Origin: an uncultured Aliarcobacter sp. | GTDB taxonomy: Bacteria; Campylobacterota; Campylobacteria; Campylobacterales; Arcobacteraceae | DNA: 64,000 nucleotides | NCBI GenBank assembly: GCA_963664305.2 | Contig: CAXXLV010000002.1 | Location: forward strand, 512,001-576,000 | Reading direction: 5' to 3' | Part shown: positions 18,338 through 28,965 of the stretch, in pieces | Position numbering within the stretch: the first letter of the stretch is position 1 | Layout: the number at the start of each line of letters is the position of its first letter | Program-made: the position numbers and the translations under genes | Notes under the pieces: model-generated | Databases searched by the model: none | What the model was told of the DNA's origin: nothing | The model's input: only the letters and a program-made list of their open reading frames with translations

Positions 18338-21022
18338 ATGAAAAAAACAATTACAGTAATAGATACATTTGGCTTTTTATTTAGAAGTTATTTTGCTCTT
18401 CCTCCATTAAAATCAAGAGAAGGTTTCCCAACAGGTTTATTAACAGGTTTTATTAATTTTATATCAAATATTGGAAAAGATTTTCAAACTGATTATATAG
18501 TTTTTGCTCTAGATGCAAAAGGAAACACATTTAGAAATGAACTTTATGATGGATATAAAGCACATAGACCTGATGTTCCAGAAGATTTACTAAAACAACT
18601 TCCAATCGCAATTTCGTGGATTGAACAAATGGGATTTAAAACTGCAATAAGAACAGGATTTGAGGCAGATGATATTGTAGCTTCAATTGCTCATGATGCA
18701 AAACAAAAAGGTTTAGAAGTAAGAATTGTTTCTCACGATAAAGATTTATATCAATTAATAGATGATGATAAAGTTTATTTATTTGACCCGACAAAAAAAG
18801 TAATTATTAATGAAGATAAATGTTTTGAAAAATATGGAGTTCATCCTTCTCAATTTACTGATTATCAATCATTATTAGGAGATAGTGCTGATAATATTCC
18901 AGGAGTAAAAGGAATTGGAGCAAAAACAGCAGAAACTTTAATCAAAGAGTTTGGAACTTTAGAAAATATTTATGAAAATATTGAAAATATTACTAAAAAA
19001 AGAACTAAAGAGTTACTTCTTGAAGGTAAAGAGATGGCATTCATCTCTAAAAAACTTGTAACTTTATCAACAGATTGTCATGTGATTGATAATCTTGATG
19101 AATTTGTTTTACCTGTTGAAAATCCAATTTTAAGAATTAGTGATATTTTAATCAAATATGATATGCATAAAATTTTAGAAAAAGTAAATAAAAATGGAAT
19201 GGGATATAAAACAGAAATCCCAAAAGAGGTAAAAAAAGAAGATAAAATTGAGTATGTTTTACTTGATAACGAACATAGTTTATCTTTAGTTATAAATACA
19301 ATTCCAAGAGATTCTATAATTTCTTTTGATACTGAAACTACAGATATTGATACAACTTGTGCAAAGATAGTTGGATTTTCTTTTGCTTTTGAAGAAAATA
19401 AAGCATATTATGTTCCAATTGCACATTCATATTTAGGTGTAGGAAATCAAATTTCAAAAGAGGCTGCTTTTCAAGCTATTGTTCAATTAAATAGATATAA
19501 ATTAGTTTTACAAAATTTTAAATATGATTATCAAGTAATTAAACATAATTTTGATTTAGAATTAAAACTTTATGCGGATACTATGATTTTATCATGGCTT
19601 TTAAATACAAATGAGAAAGTAGGGCTTGATTATCAAATTGATAAACATTTTAGACATAAAATGATTAGTTTTTCTGATGTTGTAAAAAAAGGTGAAAATT
19701 TTTCAAATGTAGAAATTTCAAAAGCATGTGAATATGCTTCAGAAGATGCATTAATGACTTTAAAATTATTTAATAGACAATTAGAAATTTTTAAAGAAAA
19801 AAATGAAGAAGAGATTTTAAAATTAGCATTTGAAGTTGAATTTGATTTTATTTATGTTCTAGCTGAAATGGAAAATAATGGAATAAAAATTGATGTTGAA
19901 CTTCTAAAAGAGTATAAAGATAAAAGTAATAAATATATTAGTGAATTAACTTCTAAAATACATGAAGTAAGTGGTGTTGAATTTAATATAAACTCGACTA
20001 AACAATTAGGTGTAGTTTTATTTGAAACTTTAGGTTTACCAACATCTAAAAAAACAAAAACGGGATATAGTACAGATGAAGCAGTTTTAAGTAGTTTAGT
20101 AAATGAACATCCTGTAATTCCTTTACTTCTAAAATATAGAGAAGCTTATAAATTACAATCAACTTATATTGAACCTTTATTAGAACTTGGTTTAAAAAAT
20201 AAAGATAATAGAATACACACTTCATTTTTACATACAGGAACTGCAACAGGAAGATTAAGTTCAAAAAATCCAAACTTACAAAATATTCCAGTAGGAAGTG
20301 ATTCTTTATTACAAATTAGACAAGCATTTATTCCTGAAAATGGCTATAAATTAGTGGGAGTAGATTATTCTCAAATTGAATTAAGACTTTTAGCCCATTT
20401 TAGTCAAGATGATGCTTTAGTTGAAGCATTCAAAAATGATTTAGATATCCACTACCAAACAGCTGTTAAAATTTTTGGAGCAGAATTAGCAAAAGAAAAA
20501 AGAAACATTGCAAAATCAATAAATTTTGGATTATTATATGGAATGGGAAGTAAAAAACTTGGAGATACTTTAGGAATTCCATCAAAAGAAGCTAAACTTT
20601 ATATTGACTCGTATTTTGAAGCTTTTAAAAGTGTAAAAGATTATTTAAAATCTATTGAAGATTTTGCTTATACAAGTGGTTATGTAAAAACACTATTAAA
20701 TAGAAAAAGATTGTTTGATTTTGATTCTGCAAATGCAATGATGAAAGCAGCATATTTAAGAGAAGCTGTAAATACATTATTTCAAGGTACAGCTGCTGAT
20801 TTAATAAAGTTATCAATGATAAAAATTTATAAAAAATATAAAAATAACGATAAGATGAGATTGCTTTTACAAATCCATGATGAACTTATTTTTGAAATAA
20901 AAGATGAATTTGTAGAGAGTTTTACAAAAGAAATAAAGGAAATTATGGAGAATATTTATACTTTAAATGTTCCTCTAAAAGTATCGGTTGCAATAGGAAA
21001 TTCTTGGCAAGAACTTAAATAA
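18338..21022 (+). CDS. polA: DNA polymerase I
   Basis: 5'-3' exo (EADD, GDSADNIPGV), 3'-5' exo (FDTET), polymerase (TGRLSS..PNLQNIP, DYSQIELR, QIHDEL). Confidence 0.98.
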   Translation: MKKTITVIDTFGFLFRSYFALPPLKSREGFPTGLLTGFINFISNIGKDFQTDYIVFALDAKGNTFRNELYDGYKAHRPDVPEDLLKQLPIAISWIEQMGFKTAIRTGFEADDIVASIAHDAKQKGLEVRIVSHDKDLYQLIDDDKVYLFDPTKKVIINEDKCFEKYGVHPSQFTDYQSLLGDSADNIPGVKGIGAKTAETLIKEFGTLENIYENIENITKKRTKELLLEGKEMAFISKKLVTLSTDCHVIDNLDEFVLPVENPILRISDILIKYDMHKILEKVNKNGMGYKTEIPKEVKKEDKIEYVLLDNEHSLSLVINTIPRDSIISFDTETTDIDTTCAKIVGFSFAFEENKAYYVPIAHSYLGVGNQISKEAAFQAIVQLNRYKLVLQNFKYDYQVIKHNFDLELKLYADTMILSWLLNTNEKVGLDYQIDKHFRHKMISFSDVVKKGENFSNVEISKACEYASEDALMTLKLFNRQLEIFKEKNEEEILKLAFEVEFDFIYVLAEMENNGIKIDVELLKEYKDKSNKYISELTSKIHEVSGVEFNINSTKQLGVVLFETLGLPTSKKTKTGYSTDEAVLSSLVNEHPVIPLLLKYREAYKLQSTYIEPLLELGLKNKDNRIHTSFLHTGTATGRLSSKNPNLQNIPVGSDSLLQIRQAFIPENGYKLVGVDYSQIELRLLAHFSQDDALVEAFKNDLDIHYQTAVKIFGAELAKEKRNIAKSINFGLLYGMGSKKLGDTLGIPSKEAKLYIDSYFEAFKSVKDYLKSIEDFAYTSGYVKTLLNRKRLFDFDSANAMMKAAYLREAVNTLFQGTAADLIKLSMIKIYKKYKNNDKMRLLLQIHDELIFEIKDEFVESFTKEIKEIMENIYTLNVPLKVSVAIGNSWQELK

Positions 21023-21054
21023 AGATAAAAATTATGTAATATATAATTTTATTT

Positions 21055-21083
21055 TTGACAAATAAAGAAATTTTTGTTATTAT
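21055..21083 (+). promoter_or_regulatory. Sigma70-type promoter of the response regulator gene
   Basis: TTGACA-17 nt-TATTAT with TG extended -10. Confidence 0.6.
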
Positions 21084-21116
21084 TATAACTTAAACCAATA
21101 ATTAAAGAGTTATATT

Positions 21117-21821
21117 ATGTTAAAAACAGTAAGAAATATAAGAAAATTGTACAATGCAAAACTACTATTTATTAGTAGTGATTTGGCAGTTAAACAAACT
21201 ATAGAAAGTGAGTTTGACGATTATTTTAAAGAATTAAAAATTGCTACAACAATGTCTGAAGCGTTATCTTTAGCTTGTTCTAACAATTATGATATGTCAA
21301 TTATTGATGCTGATATTGAGGGTGTTTCTTTTTCAGAATTATGTTCTGAGTTATCTCAATTAGCTCCAACATTACCAAAAATAGTTATTTCTAGTTCTGA
21401 TGATAATGAAAATATCGTTACAGCTATTAATTCAGGTGCTTATACTTTTTTATCTAAGCCATTAAGAGCAAAAGATGTTAAATTAGCTGTAATTATGTGT
21501 CTGAACCAAACAAAAAGAGGTGATAAAATTGAATTTGAAAATGGTATTTATTTTGATGAATATAGAGACCAATTCTTCAAATCAGGTGGAGTATTAATTG
21601 ATTTTACAAGATTAGAAAAATCATTCTTAAAATTATTAATCACAAAAAGAAATGAAATTACAGATTATGATACAATAAAAGATGTAGTATGGAAAGGTAA
21701 AGATATGTCTATTTATACTATGAGAAATATTGTAAATAAAATTAGACAAAAAACTTATTATGAGATTATTAAAAATCATTCAAATAAGGGTTATACAATA
21801 GACATTTTGAAAAATAATTAG
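21117..21821 (+). CDS. OmpR-family response regulator with atypical receiver
   Basis: REC-like N-terminus (IIDAD, LSKP) and winged helix (FTRLE...VW...IRQK...KGY). Confidence 0.85.
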   Translation: MLKTVRNIRKLYNAKLLFISSDLAVKQTIESEFDDYFKELKIATTMSEALSLACSNNYDMSIIDADIEGVSFSELCSELSQLAPTLPKIVISSSDDNENIVTAINSGAYTFLSKPLRAKDVKLAVIMCLNQTKRGDKIEFENGIYFDEYRDQFFKSGGVLIDFTRLEKSFLKLLITKRNEITDYDTIKDVVWKGKDMSIYTMRNIVNKIRQKTYYEIIKNHSNKGYTIDILKNN

Positions 21822-21860
21822 ACATTATGATTTGCAAAATCTAAATAAAAAAGTTATAAT

Positions 21861-22055
21861 ATGCAAGAACTGATCATACCTAAAGAAGAGCTTATACAAA
21901 TGTTTGAAAGTCAAAAGATTGAAGACACTGGTCGAGGTTGGCTTATGGATGGTAAGGTTGTTGATATTATAGCTTTACATGATATTGATCCAAAATTTCT
22001 TCAAGATGTTAGTAATGCGAAGTTCTATAAACTAATAATCAAAGGTAAAAAATAA
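21861..22055 (+). CDS. Hypothetical protein
   Basis: 64-aa ORF coupled to the next gene (TAATG overlap). Confidence 0.7.
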   Translation: MQELIIPKEELIQMFESQKIEDTGRGWLMDGKVVDIIALHDIDPKFLQDVSNAKFYKLIIKGKK

Positions 22056-22327
22056 TGTCGCATTGCCCATTTTGCAAAAAAAAGATTGCTATGAGTAAGG
22101 CTTTTTGTTCAAGAAGCTGCAAAGAGAATTATTTTCAATTAATTGCTATCCAAGTTCCAAAACCTTTTTTAAAAAGAATTTTTGTATTTTGTACTCCGGA
22201 GCAAAGAGATGCTGAAATAGAAAATTTTGCTAGTAGACATGGGTGGAGATTAGATTTACTAAAAAATAAGATTATAGAATTAGCTATTGAATCTGGTTAC
22301 AGTAAAGAAGTTAAAATAAATAGTTAA
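22055..22327 (+). CDS. Zn-ribbon protein (DUF2116-like)
   Basis: HCPFC...FCSRSC. Confidence 0.75.
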   Translation: MSHCPFCKKKIAMSKAFCSRSCKENYFQLIAIQVPKPFLKRIFVFCTPEQRDAEIENFASRHGWRLDLLKNKIIELAIESGYSKEVKINS

Positions 22328-22330
22328 AAA

Positions 22331-23146
22331 TTAACTATTTATTATTTTTTTTCTTCCAATATAAATTATTATACAAATCCCTAAAATTATCAAAGATTGT
22401 AAAATCCCCATTGTTAGCCAATCACTATATAAGAATCCTAATTGTGTATCTGGTTGTCTGAAGAATTCTGCAATAATTCTTGCAATTGCATAAAATGCAC
22501 CATACATTAATGCTAATTGTCCATCAAAAGTTTTTCTTTTTCTAAAATATACTAAAATTAAGAATACAAAAAGACCTTCAAGTATTGCTTCATAAATTTG
22601 AGATGGGTGTCGTAAAATTCCACCTACATAAATTCCCCATGGAACATCTGTAATACGTCCTATTAATTCTTGATTGAAAAAATTACCTATTCTTCCAAAC
22701 ACATAAGCTGCACTAATTCCAAGAACAGCAATATCTGTTATAAACCAAAAAGATATTTTATTTTTTCTACAAAATAGATAAGAAGCTATAATAAATCCAA
22801 AAAAAGCTCCATGATAACTCATCCCTGAAATTCCTGCATAAACACCATTTATATATGGATTAAATATTTGCCATGGATGAGTTAAATAGTACATTGTATG
22901 TGTATCATAAAATAATACATATCCAATTCTTGCACCTAAAATTACACCAATTTCTGCCCACCAAATATATGAATCAAATAAGTCATTTGAAATAGGTAAT
23001 TTATCATGTTTAATAAACCATTTTGCAATAAAAATTGCACTTATTAATGCTAAAGCATACATAAGTCCATACCAATGAACAGCAACAGGTCCTAAATTAA
23101 AAGCAACGGGATTAAAATTTGAATAAATATTTTGCCAAAATTCCAT
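22331..23146 (-). CDS. lgt: Prolipoprotein diacylglyceryl transferase
   Basis: WYGLMY, GARIGY, GMSYHG, GRIGNFFNQE, RHPSQIYEA. Confidence 0.97.
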   Translation of the reverse strand: MEFWQNIYSNFNPVAFNLGPVAVHWYGLMYALALISAIFIAKWFIKHDKLPISNDLFDSYIWWAEIGVILGARIGYVLFYDTHTMYYLTHPWQIFNPYINGVYAGISGMSYHGAFFGFIIASYLFCRKNKISFWFITDIAVLGISAAYVFGRIGNFFNQELIGRITDVPWGIYVGGILRHPSQIYEAILEGLFVFLILVYFRKRKTFDGQLALMYGAFYAIARIIAEFFRQPDTQLGFLYSDWLTMGILQSLIILGICIIIYIGRKKIINS

Positions 23147-23149
23147 ATT

Positions 23150-24448
23150 TTAATCTTCCAGTGCTTCAGCAATTAATTCAATTGGATTTTTAAATTGAAC
23201 ATCAACATTTGCTTGATATAAAGAGTTAGTTATTTGCATTCTACATGCACTACATTCAGCACTTACAATTTGTGCTTTTGTATCTCTAATCATCGCAGCT
23301 TTTGGAGCACCAGCAGCTTTTGCAAAATCATATTTTTCAGTTTGCATAGTAACTCCTCCAAATCCACAACATCTATTTGAATCACTCATCTCTTTTAATA
23401 TATAATTTTGTTTTAAAAGATTTCTTGGTTCTTGCCAAACATTTTGCATTTTTTTAGCATGACATGGGTCATGATAAGTTACAAGTTGGTCGAATTTTTT
23501 ACCAGAATTTGCTAATAAATCTTTTAAATCTGTATTGTTTTCTAACCATTTTGTAGCTAAAAAGATTTTTGAAGATAGTTTAGCTGCTCTTTCTTTCCAT
23601 TCTGGTTGATTATGTAAATAGTGTTCCCAATCTTTATTTATCATTGCACTACATGTTGCTTCTGGAATAATCACAGCATCAACTTCATCAATCCAAGTTT
23701 CAAAATATTTGATATTTTCTTTAACTAAATAATCAACAGTATCAAAAGCCCCCGTAAAATATGCAGGCGCTCCACAACAAAGTTGTTTTTTTGGAATCAT
23801 AATGTCTAAATCTAATTTTTTTAGAATTTTTACTAAAGAATCTCCAGTATTTGTATATGTATAGTTACTCATACAACCAATAAAAATTGCAACTTTATTT
23901 TTTCTACCAACTTCTTCTTTTTTATTTGTTGCTGGAATATTTGCTGGATATTTATTTAAAAAGCTTATGCTATCAGCAAATGGTAGAGCTCTATCTTTTT
24001 TTACAATTGGTAATGAAAATCGCGGAAGTGCTGATTGTTTTGCATTATCAATTTTTAAAGCACAAGTTTGGAATATATAACCCATTTTTGATAGAAAATC
24101 CATAGTTTTTCTATGTCTTAAAAGATAGAAGAAAAGTTTTTTATACCAAGCAATACCATATTTTTGAGCAATATCTGATCTCACTTGCTCAATAATCATA
24201 TCTGTTGGTAAATCATTTGGACAAACTTCAACACAGTTAGTACATAAAAAACATGATTCAAAGATATCTTTTGCAGTTTTATCAAGTTCTAATTCATCTC
24301 TTTTATAAGCTCCAAGTAAATCAATAAAACCTCTTGGACTTGTTGCTTCATCTTGATTTATATTAAAGATTGTACAAACAGGTTTACATTTTCCACACTT
24401 AACACAATCATCAGAAATTTTTGTATAGTCAAATTTTTCTATAGCCAC
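23150..24448 (-). CDS. Fe-S oxidoreductase subunit (GlcF/GlpC-like, two CCG domains)
   Basis: CVKCGKC..C, CFLCTNC..CP, CCG twice, YHDPCH, CSAC. Confidence 0.9.
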   Translation of the reverse strand: MAIEKFDYTKISDDCVKCGKCKPVCTIFNINQDEATSPRGFIDLLGAYKRDELELDKTAKDIFESCFLCTNCVEVCPNDLPTDMIIEQVRSDIAQKYGIAWYKKLFFYLLRHRKTMDFLSKMGYIFQTCALKIDNAKQSALPRFSLPIVKKDRALPFADSISFLNKYPANIPATNKKEEVGRKNKVAIFIGCMSNYTYTNTGDSLVKILKKLDLDIMIPKKQLCCGAPAYFTGAFDTVDYLVKENIKYFETWIDEVDAVIIPEATCSAMINKDWEHYLHNQPEWKERAAKLSSKIFLATKWLENNTDLKDLLANSGKKFDQLVTYHDPCHAKKMQNVWQEPRNLLKQNYILKEMSDSNRCCGFGGVTMQTEKYDFAKAAGAPKAAMIRDTKAQIVSAECSACRMQITNSLYQANVDVQFKNPIELIAEALED

Positions 24449-24529
24449 TTGTAGACCCTTTATAATTTTAAAATTTATAATATTTATAATAAAAATTTAA
24501 TATACAAAAATATTGGTTAAAAGTTCTTA

Positions 24530-24550
24530 AATAGGGAATTTATCCCTATT
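24530..24550 (-). terminator. Terminator hairpin after lipoprotein gene
   Basis: AATAGGGA-ATTTA-TCCCTATT directly after stop. Confidence 0.6.
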
Positions 24551-25537
24551 TTATGGAAGTTGTGACTTGGCTTTTATTTTTTCTTGCAAATTAATATTTG
24601 TACGATTAATCCCATAATTGATTAAATCTAGGTATTCAATATTTGAAGTAAGAGTTTTCGCTTGATTATACATATTATTTGCAATTTCAAGTTTTCCATA
24701 AGCCTCATAGATTAAAGCTAGATTATAGATTACTTCAAAACTTTTTCCATTTAATTCTTTGTCTAAGTTTTCAAGTTCAGCTTTTGCAATATCTAGTCTT
24801 GTATCTTCAATTAAATTTACAATATTTTCAAATCTATTTCTTTGCTCTTTTGTATAAATTGGATTATCTTCATCTAATTCTTCAATGATATTGATATTAA
24901 AATAGACATAATGTGGAGAAATATCGTCAATTATATCACTTGCTATTTCATCTGCAATTTGAGAATTTATTCTATAATTATTGTTAGATGACAGACTCAT
25001 ATGGGGAATATAAGGTCTATCATAACAAATTGAATCATAACTTGATTTGTCATAAGTTTTTGAAAAAATTATACTATTGTTAACTGGTTTAATAATTTGT
25101 AGATTGGTTGTAACATTATAAGTTCTTTTTTCACAAGGAACAAATCTAACAGCATATTCTATACAATGTTTAGTTTTACTTTTTTCGTCATATCTATAAA
25201 ATCTACATCTTGAATAATCTATCTCATCTCGATAATATGTGTGAACATTAACTGAAGAGTTTAAAACTTCTCCTGTAATTATTGCATCAGTACCAAAAAT
25301 ATCATTTTTTAAAGTGAAAACTCTTTGATTATCTACAATTTTATTTGCTATTTTATTTTCTAAGCTGATGGTTTGATTTACACTATCATTTCTAAATCTT
25401 TCAACAACAACTGTATTTATTTTCTCATTTTCAATTTTTGAAGGCTGAAGAGTTCTTACAGTTAATTTTTTAGCACTACAACCACTCATAAAATATGATA
25501 AAAATATCAATAAAAAAACATGGAATAAATTTTTCAT
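24551..25537 (-). CDS. Putative lipoprotein with C-terminal TPR
   Basis: Signal peptide ending MSGC; TPR-like YNLALIYEAYG..E.A..MY.QA. Confidence 0.75.
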   Translation of the reverse strand: MKNLFHVFLLIFLSYFMSGCSAKKLTVRTLQPSKIENEKINTVVVERFRNDSVNQTISLENKIANKIVDNQRVFTLKNDIFGTDAIITGEVLNSSVNVHTYYRDEIDYSRCRFYRYDEKSKTKHCIEYAVRFVPCEKRTYNVTTNLQIIKPVNNSIIFSKTYDKSSYDSICYDRPYIPHMSLSSNNNYRINSQIADEIASDIIDDISPHYVYFNINIIEELDEDNPIYTKEQRNRFENIVNLIEDTRLDIAKAELENLDKELNGKSFEVIYNLALIYEAYGKLEIANNMYNQAKTLTSNIEYLDLINYGINRTNINLQEKIKAKSQLP

Positions 25538-25671
25538 AAAAATCCTTTTGATTATGGAAAATTATAACTTATTTGTAGAAATAATGTGTAATTAGTACTA
25601 AATAAGAATAATTTAATTCTAAAATGAGATAATATTATCATTTAATAAATATTATAGTTAAGGATAGTTTT

Positions 25672-26151
25672 ATGGGATTTTTTACAGCAGATTTATGCGA
25701 TGAGTTTAGTGAAAAAGTACAAATTTTAGGACCAGATTTTAAATCATATGGTGGAAATAAAAAGTTTAAGGGTGAAGTTATTACTGTAAAACTAGAAAAA
25801 AATAATAAAGATTTAGCAACATTTTTAAAAAACAATGATGGAACTGGAAAAGTTGTAGTTGTTGATGTAAATATGAGATATTTTGCAGTAGTTGGAGATA
25901 ATCTAATGAAATTTGCAGCAGATAATAAATATGAAGGAATAATTGTAAATGGTTATGTAAGAGATACTATTAATACAAAAGATTTTGAACTTGGTCTTGT
26001 TGCAAAAGGAACTTGTCCAAGAAAATATATTCCAGTTCAAGATGGGCAAATTGGTGTTCCTTTAGTTATTGATGATGTGGAAATTTATCCAGGTGATTAT
26101 ATTTATGTAGACGTTGATGGAATAGTAATTTGTAAAGAAAAATTGGTTTAA
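25672..26151 (+). CDS. rraA: RraA family protein (HMG aldolase/oxaloacetate decarboxylase-like)
   Basis: TADLCD, SYGG, GKVVVVD, AVVGD, NGYVRD, PGDYIYVDVDG. Confidence 0.88.
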   Translation: MGFFTADLCDEFSEKVQILGPDFKSYGGNKKFKGEVITVKLEKNNKDLATFLKNNDGTGKVVVVDVNMRYFAVVGDNLMKFAADNKYEGIIVNGYVRDTINTKDFELGLVAKGTCPRKYIPVQDGQIGVPLVIDDVEIYPGDYIYVDVDGIVICKEKLV

Positions 26152-26153
26152 TC

Positions 26154-26720
26154 ATGTATCTTTTTGGTTTTGGTTCACTAATAAATCTTTCTAGTGCTCA
26201 AAAATCTTTTAAAAGAGTTTTATCTCAAAAAGATTTACTTCCTGTGAAAATTAAAGGTTATGAGAGAATTTGGAATGCAATTGAATCTATACAATTTGAA
26301 GATGAAGATGAAGCTATAAATGGAGTTTTTTTAAATATTAAAAAAAATGAAAACTCTACTTTATATGGTGTGATGATTGAAATATCTGATGAAGAGTTAG
26401 AAATTCTAAAATTAAGAGAAAAAAATTATAGTTGTATAACTATAAAAAAAGAAGAAGTTTTAAATTTAGACGTAAAAGATAATTTAATAGCTTTTATGAC
26501 TACAAAAGAAGATAAATTAGCAAAAACTGGTGATAAAAACTCTTTTATACCAGAAAAATATACACAAATAGTAAAAGATGCATTAAAAAATTATGATGAG
26601 GATTTTAATAAAGATTTTGAAAAAATTTTCGAAAATTATCCTTTTGTCCTAAAAAATGGGAATTATTCTTTTACTGACCCAATTCAAAATAAAGCTGCAC
26701 GTGAAGGAACTAAAAGTTAA
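26154..26720 (+). CDS. Gamma-glutamylcyclotransferase (AIG2/ChaC-like) family protein
   Basis: N-terminal YLFGFGSL motif, GY.R.W, L..RE.NY. Confidence 0.8.
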   Translation: MYLFGFGSLINLSSAQKSFKRVLSQKDLLPVKIKGYERIWNAIESIQFEDEDEAINGVFLNIKKNENSTLYGVMIEISDEELEILKLREKNYSCITIKKEEVLNLDVKDNLIAFMTTKEDKLAKTGDKNSFIPEKYTQIVKDALKNYDEDFNKDFEKIFENYPFVLKNGNYSFTDPIQNKAAREGTKS

Positions 26721-28943
26721 ATGAACCAAAATAGTTGTTTTATTCATATTTCAAAACTTTGTAATTCAAAGAGAAAAACAAAAGAAGATAGTTGTATAAC
26801 AAAGAAAAATAATAGTTTATACGTAACATATTGTGAAAACGATAGTTTAGATAAGTTTGAAGCAGATATAAATTTACTTGCTGGAACTTCTTCTTTTTTA
26901 TATTTTTTGAAAAAAAGATTTATAGCAACTTTTATTTCAGTTATTTCAGTTCTTGTGATTTTAATAGCTTTATTATCGGTATCAATTTATGAAGATTTTT
27001 TAAAAAAGATGATATTTGAAATGCCTTCTTCTTGGGAATTTAATGATTATATATCTTTTATTTTTGTTTTTGTTTTCTTTTTAGGATTATTGATGATGCC
27101 ATCAATTTTAGATGGTGAAGGAAATGAATTTAAAACTTTGATTTCATCTTGGTTTAATAAAGATATTAGGAAATTAAGAAAACTAGAATTGGCTCTTTCA
27201 AATTTTGATAAAAAGATGGAAATTCATCTTTATAATTTTGATTTAGAAGATAGTGAACATTGGATTTGGAAGATATTTACAAGTAGAGTTGTAAATAGAT
27301 TTTCAAATATAAATTTTTATATCAGAAATGATAAATTACAAACAATTATAAAAAGAGTAAATAAATTTGAAATATTAAATTTAGAAGTAATAAAATCAGA
27401 AAAAATACCTAAAAAATGTGATGTAGAAATTTTATTAAGTTCAAAAGAACAAAAACTTTATTCTTTAATGCAACTGTGTTCAACAGTTATTGCAAAACAA
27501 AGAGATAAAAAAACTTTTATATCGTTAGAGCTTTTTGAGTATTGTGGTAAAAATTTTATAAAAGAGGAAAATGATTCAAAAAATCAATTGATTTTTGGTT
27601 TCCAAAATTTTATAAATAGAAGTTTTGATGATTTTAAATTTTTAGTTCAAGAAAAGTCTTTACAAGTTTTTTTCACACAAAATGTAATCTTTAAAGATTT
27701 AAGTGAAGAGGAAAAACGTCTTGCTTATTATCTTAGAAATCATATTGAAGAGTGTATAGAAAGATTTGAAAATCCAATATCTCTTTTGATTTTATATTAT
27801 TATGTAAAAGATATAGTTTTAGATAAAAGAAGAACTATAAAAATTCTAGAAAAATTTATAAGTTCAATTAAAAATAAACAACAATATGAATTAATAAATT
27901 TTTATTGGTTTGAAATTGCTGGTTATATGTTTGATTTCAATGATGTGAATACTTTTGAAAGTTCAAATAACTCTTATTATAGAAAGATTTCAATAGATGC
28001 TTTAAATGATTTAGCATTTTTATTTGAGAGAAATGGGCACTTTGAACAAGCAATACTTTTAAATCAATATTTATATGAAATTAATCCAAATAAATATGCC
28101 TTAAATATCTGTTCTTTATATGAAAGAATGGGAAAATTTGAACAAGCTTATGATAGTTTACCAAAAGAGTTAAATTTAGGAAAAAGTTCAAAACCAACAG
28201 ATATTGAAATCAGATATTATCAAAGAAAAGCTGCTTGGATAATCATTTCACAAAGAAATGAAACTTTAAAAGAAGAAGCAATCGAATCTTTAAATAAATT
28301 AGAAACTTTGCTATTTTCTCACAGTGATGATAATGAACCATTATGGTTATGGCATTTTTATAATATAAAAGCAAATCTAAAAGAGTGGGAAGAAAATTAT
28401 GATGAAGCAATAGTTTTCTATAAAAAATGTTTATCAATTCCAACACTTGGAGCTTTTGAATATGGAGCAACTTTTGTAAATATGGCTATTTCTTATAGAT
28501 GTAAATATATAGAACAAGAAATAAAAAATGAAAAAACTATTGATAAATCAATCAAACTTGGGCGTTTAGGAATGATTTTAAAAGAATCAGTTGGAGATAG
28601 AGATGAAATGCCAGTTGTTTTACATAATTTTGCTTTAAATATTTTATATAAAATTGCTAACTCTTTTGATTTGAATTTATGTAATGAAGTTTTAACAGCA
28701 ACAAACGATGCTTTAGAAATTTTAGAGCGAACTAAATCTATAAAAAGATTAGGAATGGTTTTAATTGAAAACTATATTTCAAAAACACTTTTAAAAATTG
28801 ATACAAAAGATATCGTTTTAAAACTTGAAAATCATATGCCACTTTTAGGTCAAAGTGAGTTGAACCAACTATTAAATATATACAAAGAGTTTGAAAAAAA
28901 CAATAAAATGAAAAAATTAGAATTTTTAGATAATTTAATTTGA
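26721..28943 (+). CDS. Membrane-anchored TPR-containing protein of unknown function
   Basis: Two hydrophobic segments near aa 68-125; C-terminal helical TPR-like repeats (LAFLFERNGHFEQA, LYERMGKFEQA, NYDEAIVFYKKCL). Confidence 0.75.
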   Translation: MNQNSCFIHISKLCNSKRKTKEDSCITKKNNSLYVTYCENDSLDKFEADINLLAGTSSFLYFLKKRFIATFISVISVLVILIALLSVSIYEDFLKKMIFEMPSSWEFNDYISFIFVFVFFLGLLMMPSILDGEGNEFKTLISSWFNKDIRKLRKLELALSNFDKKMEIHLYNFDLEDSEHWIWKIFTSRVVNRFSNINFYIRNDKLQTIIKRVNKFEILNLEVIKSEKIPKKCDVEILLSSKEQKLYSLMQLCSTVIAKQRDKKTFISLELFEYCGKNFIKEENDSKNQLIFGFQNFINRSFDDFKFLVQEKSLQVFFTQNVIFKDLSEEEKRLAYYLRNHIEECIERFENPISLLILYYYVKDIVLDKRRTIKILEKFISSIKNKQQYELINFYWFEIAGYMFDFNDVNTFESSNNSYYRKISIDALNDLAFLFERNGHFEQAILLNQYLYEINPNKYALNICSLYERMGKFEQAYDSLPKELNLGKSSKPTDIEIRYYQRKAAWIIISQRNETLKEEAIESLNKLETLLFSHSDDNEPLWLWHFYNIKANLKEWEENYDEAIVFYKKCLSIPTLGAFEYGATFVNMAISYRCKYIEQEIKNEKTIDKSIKLGRLGMILKESVGDRDEMPVVLHNFALNILYKIANSFDLNLCNEVLTATNDALEILERTKSIKRLGMVLIENYISKTLLKIDTKDIVLKLENHMPLLGQSELNQLLNIYKEFEKNNKMKKLEFLDNLI

Positions 28944-28965
28944 ATAAGAGTATAAAAGGAAGAAA

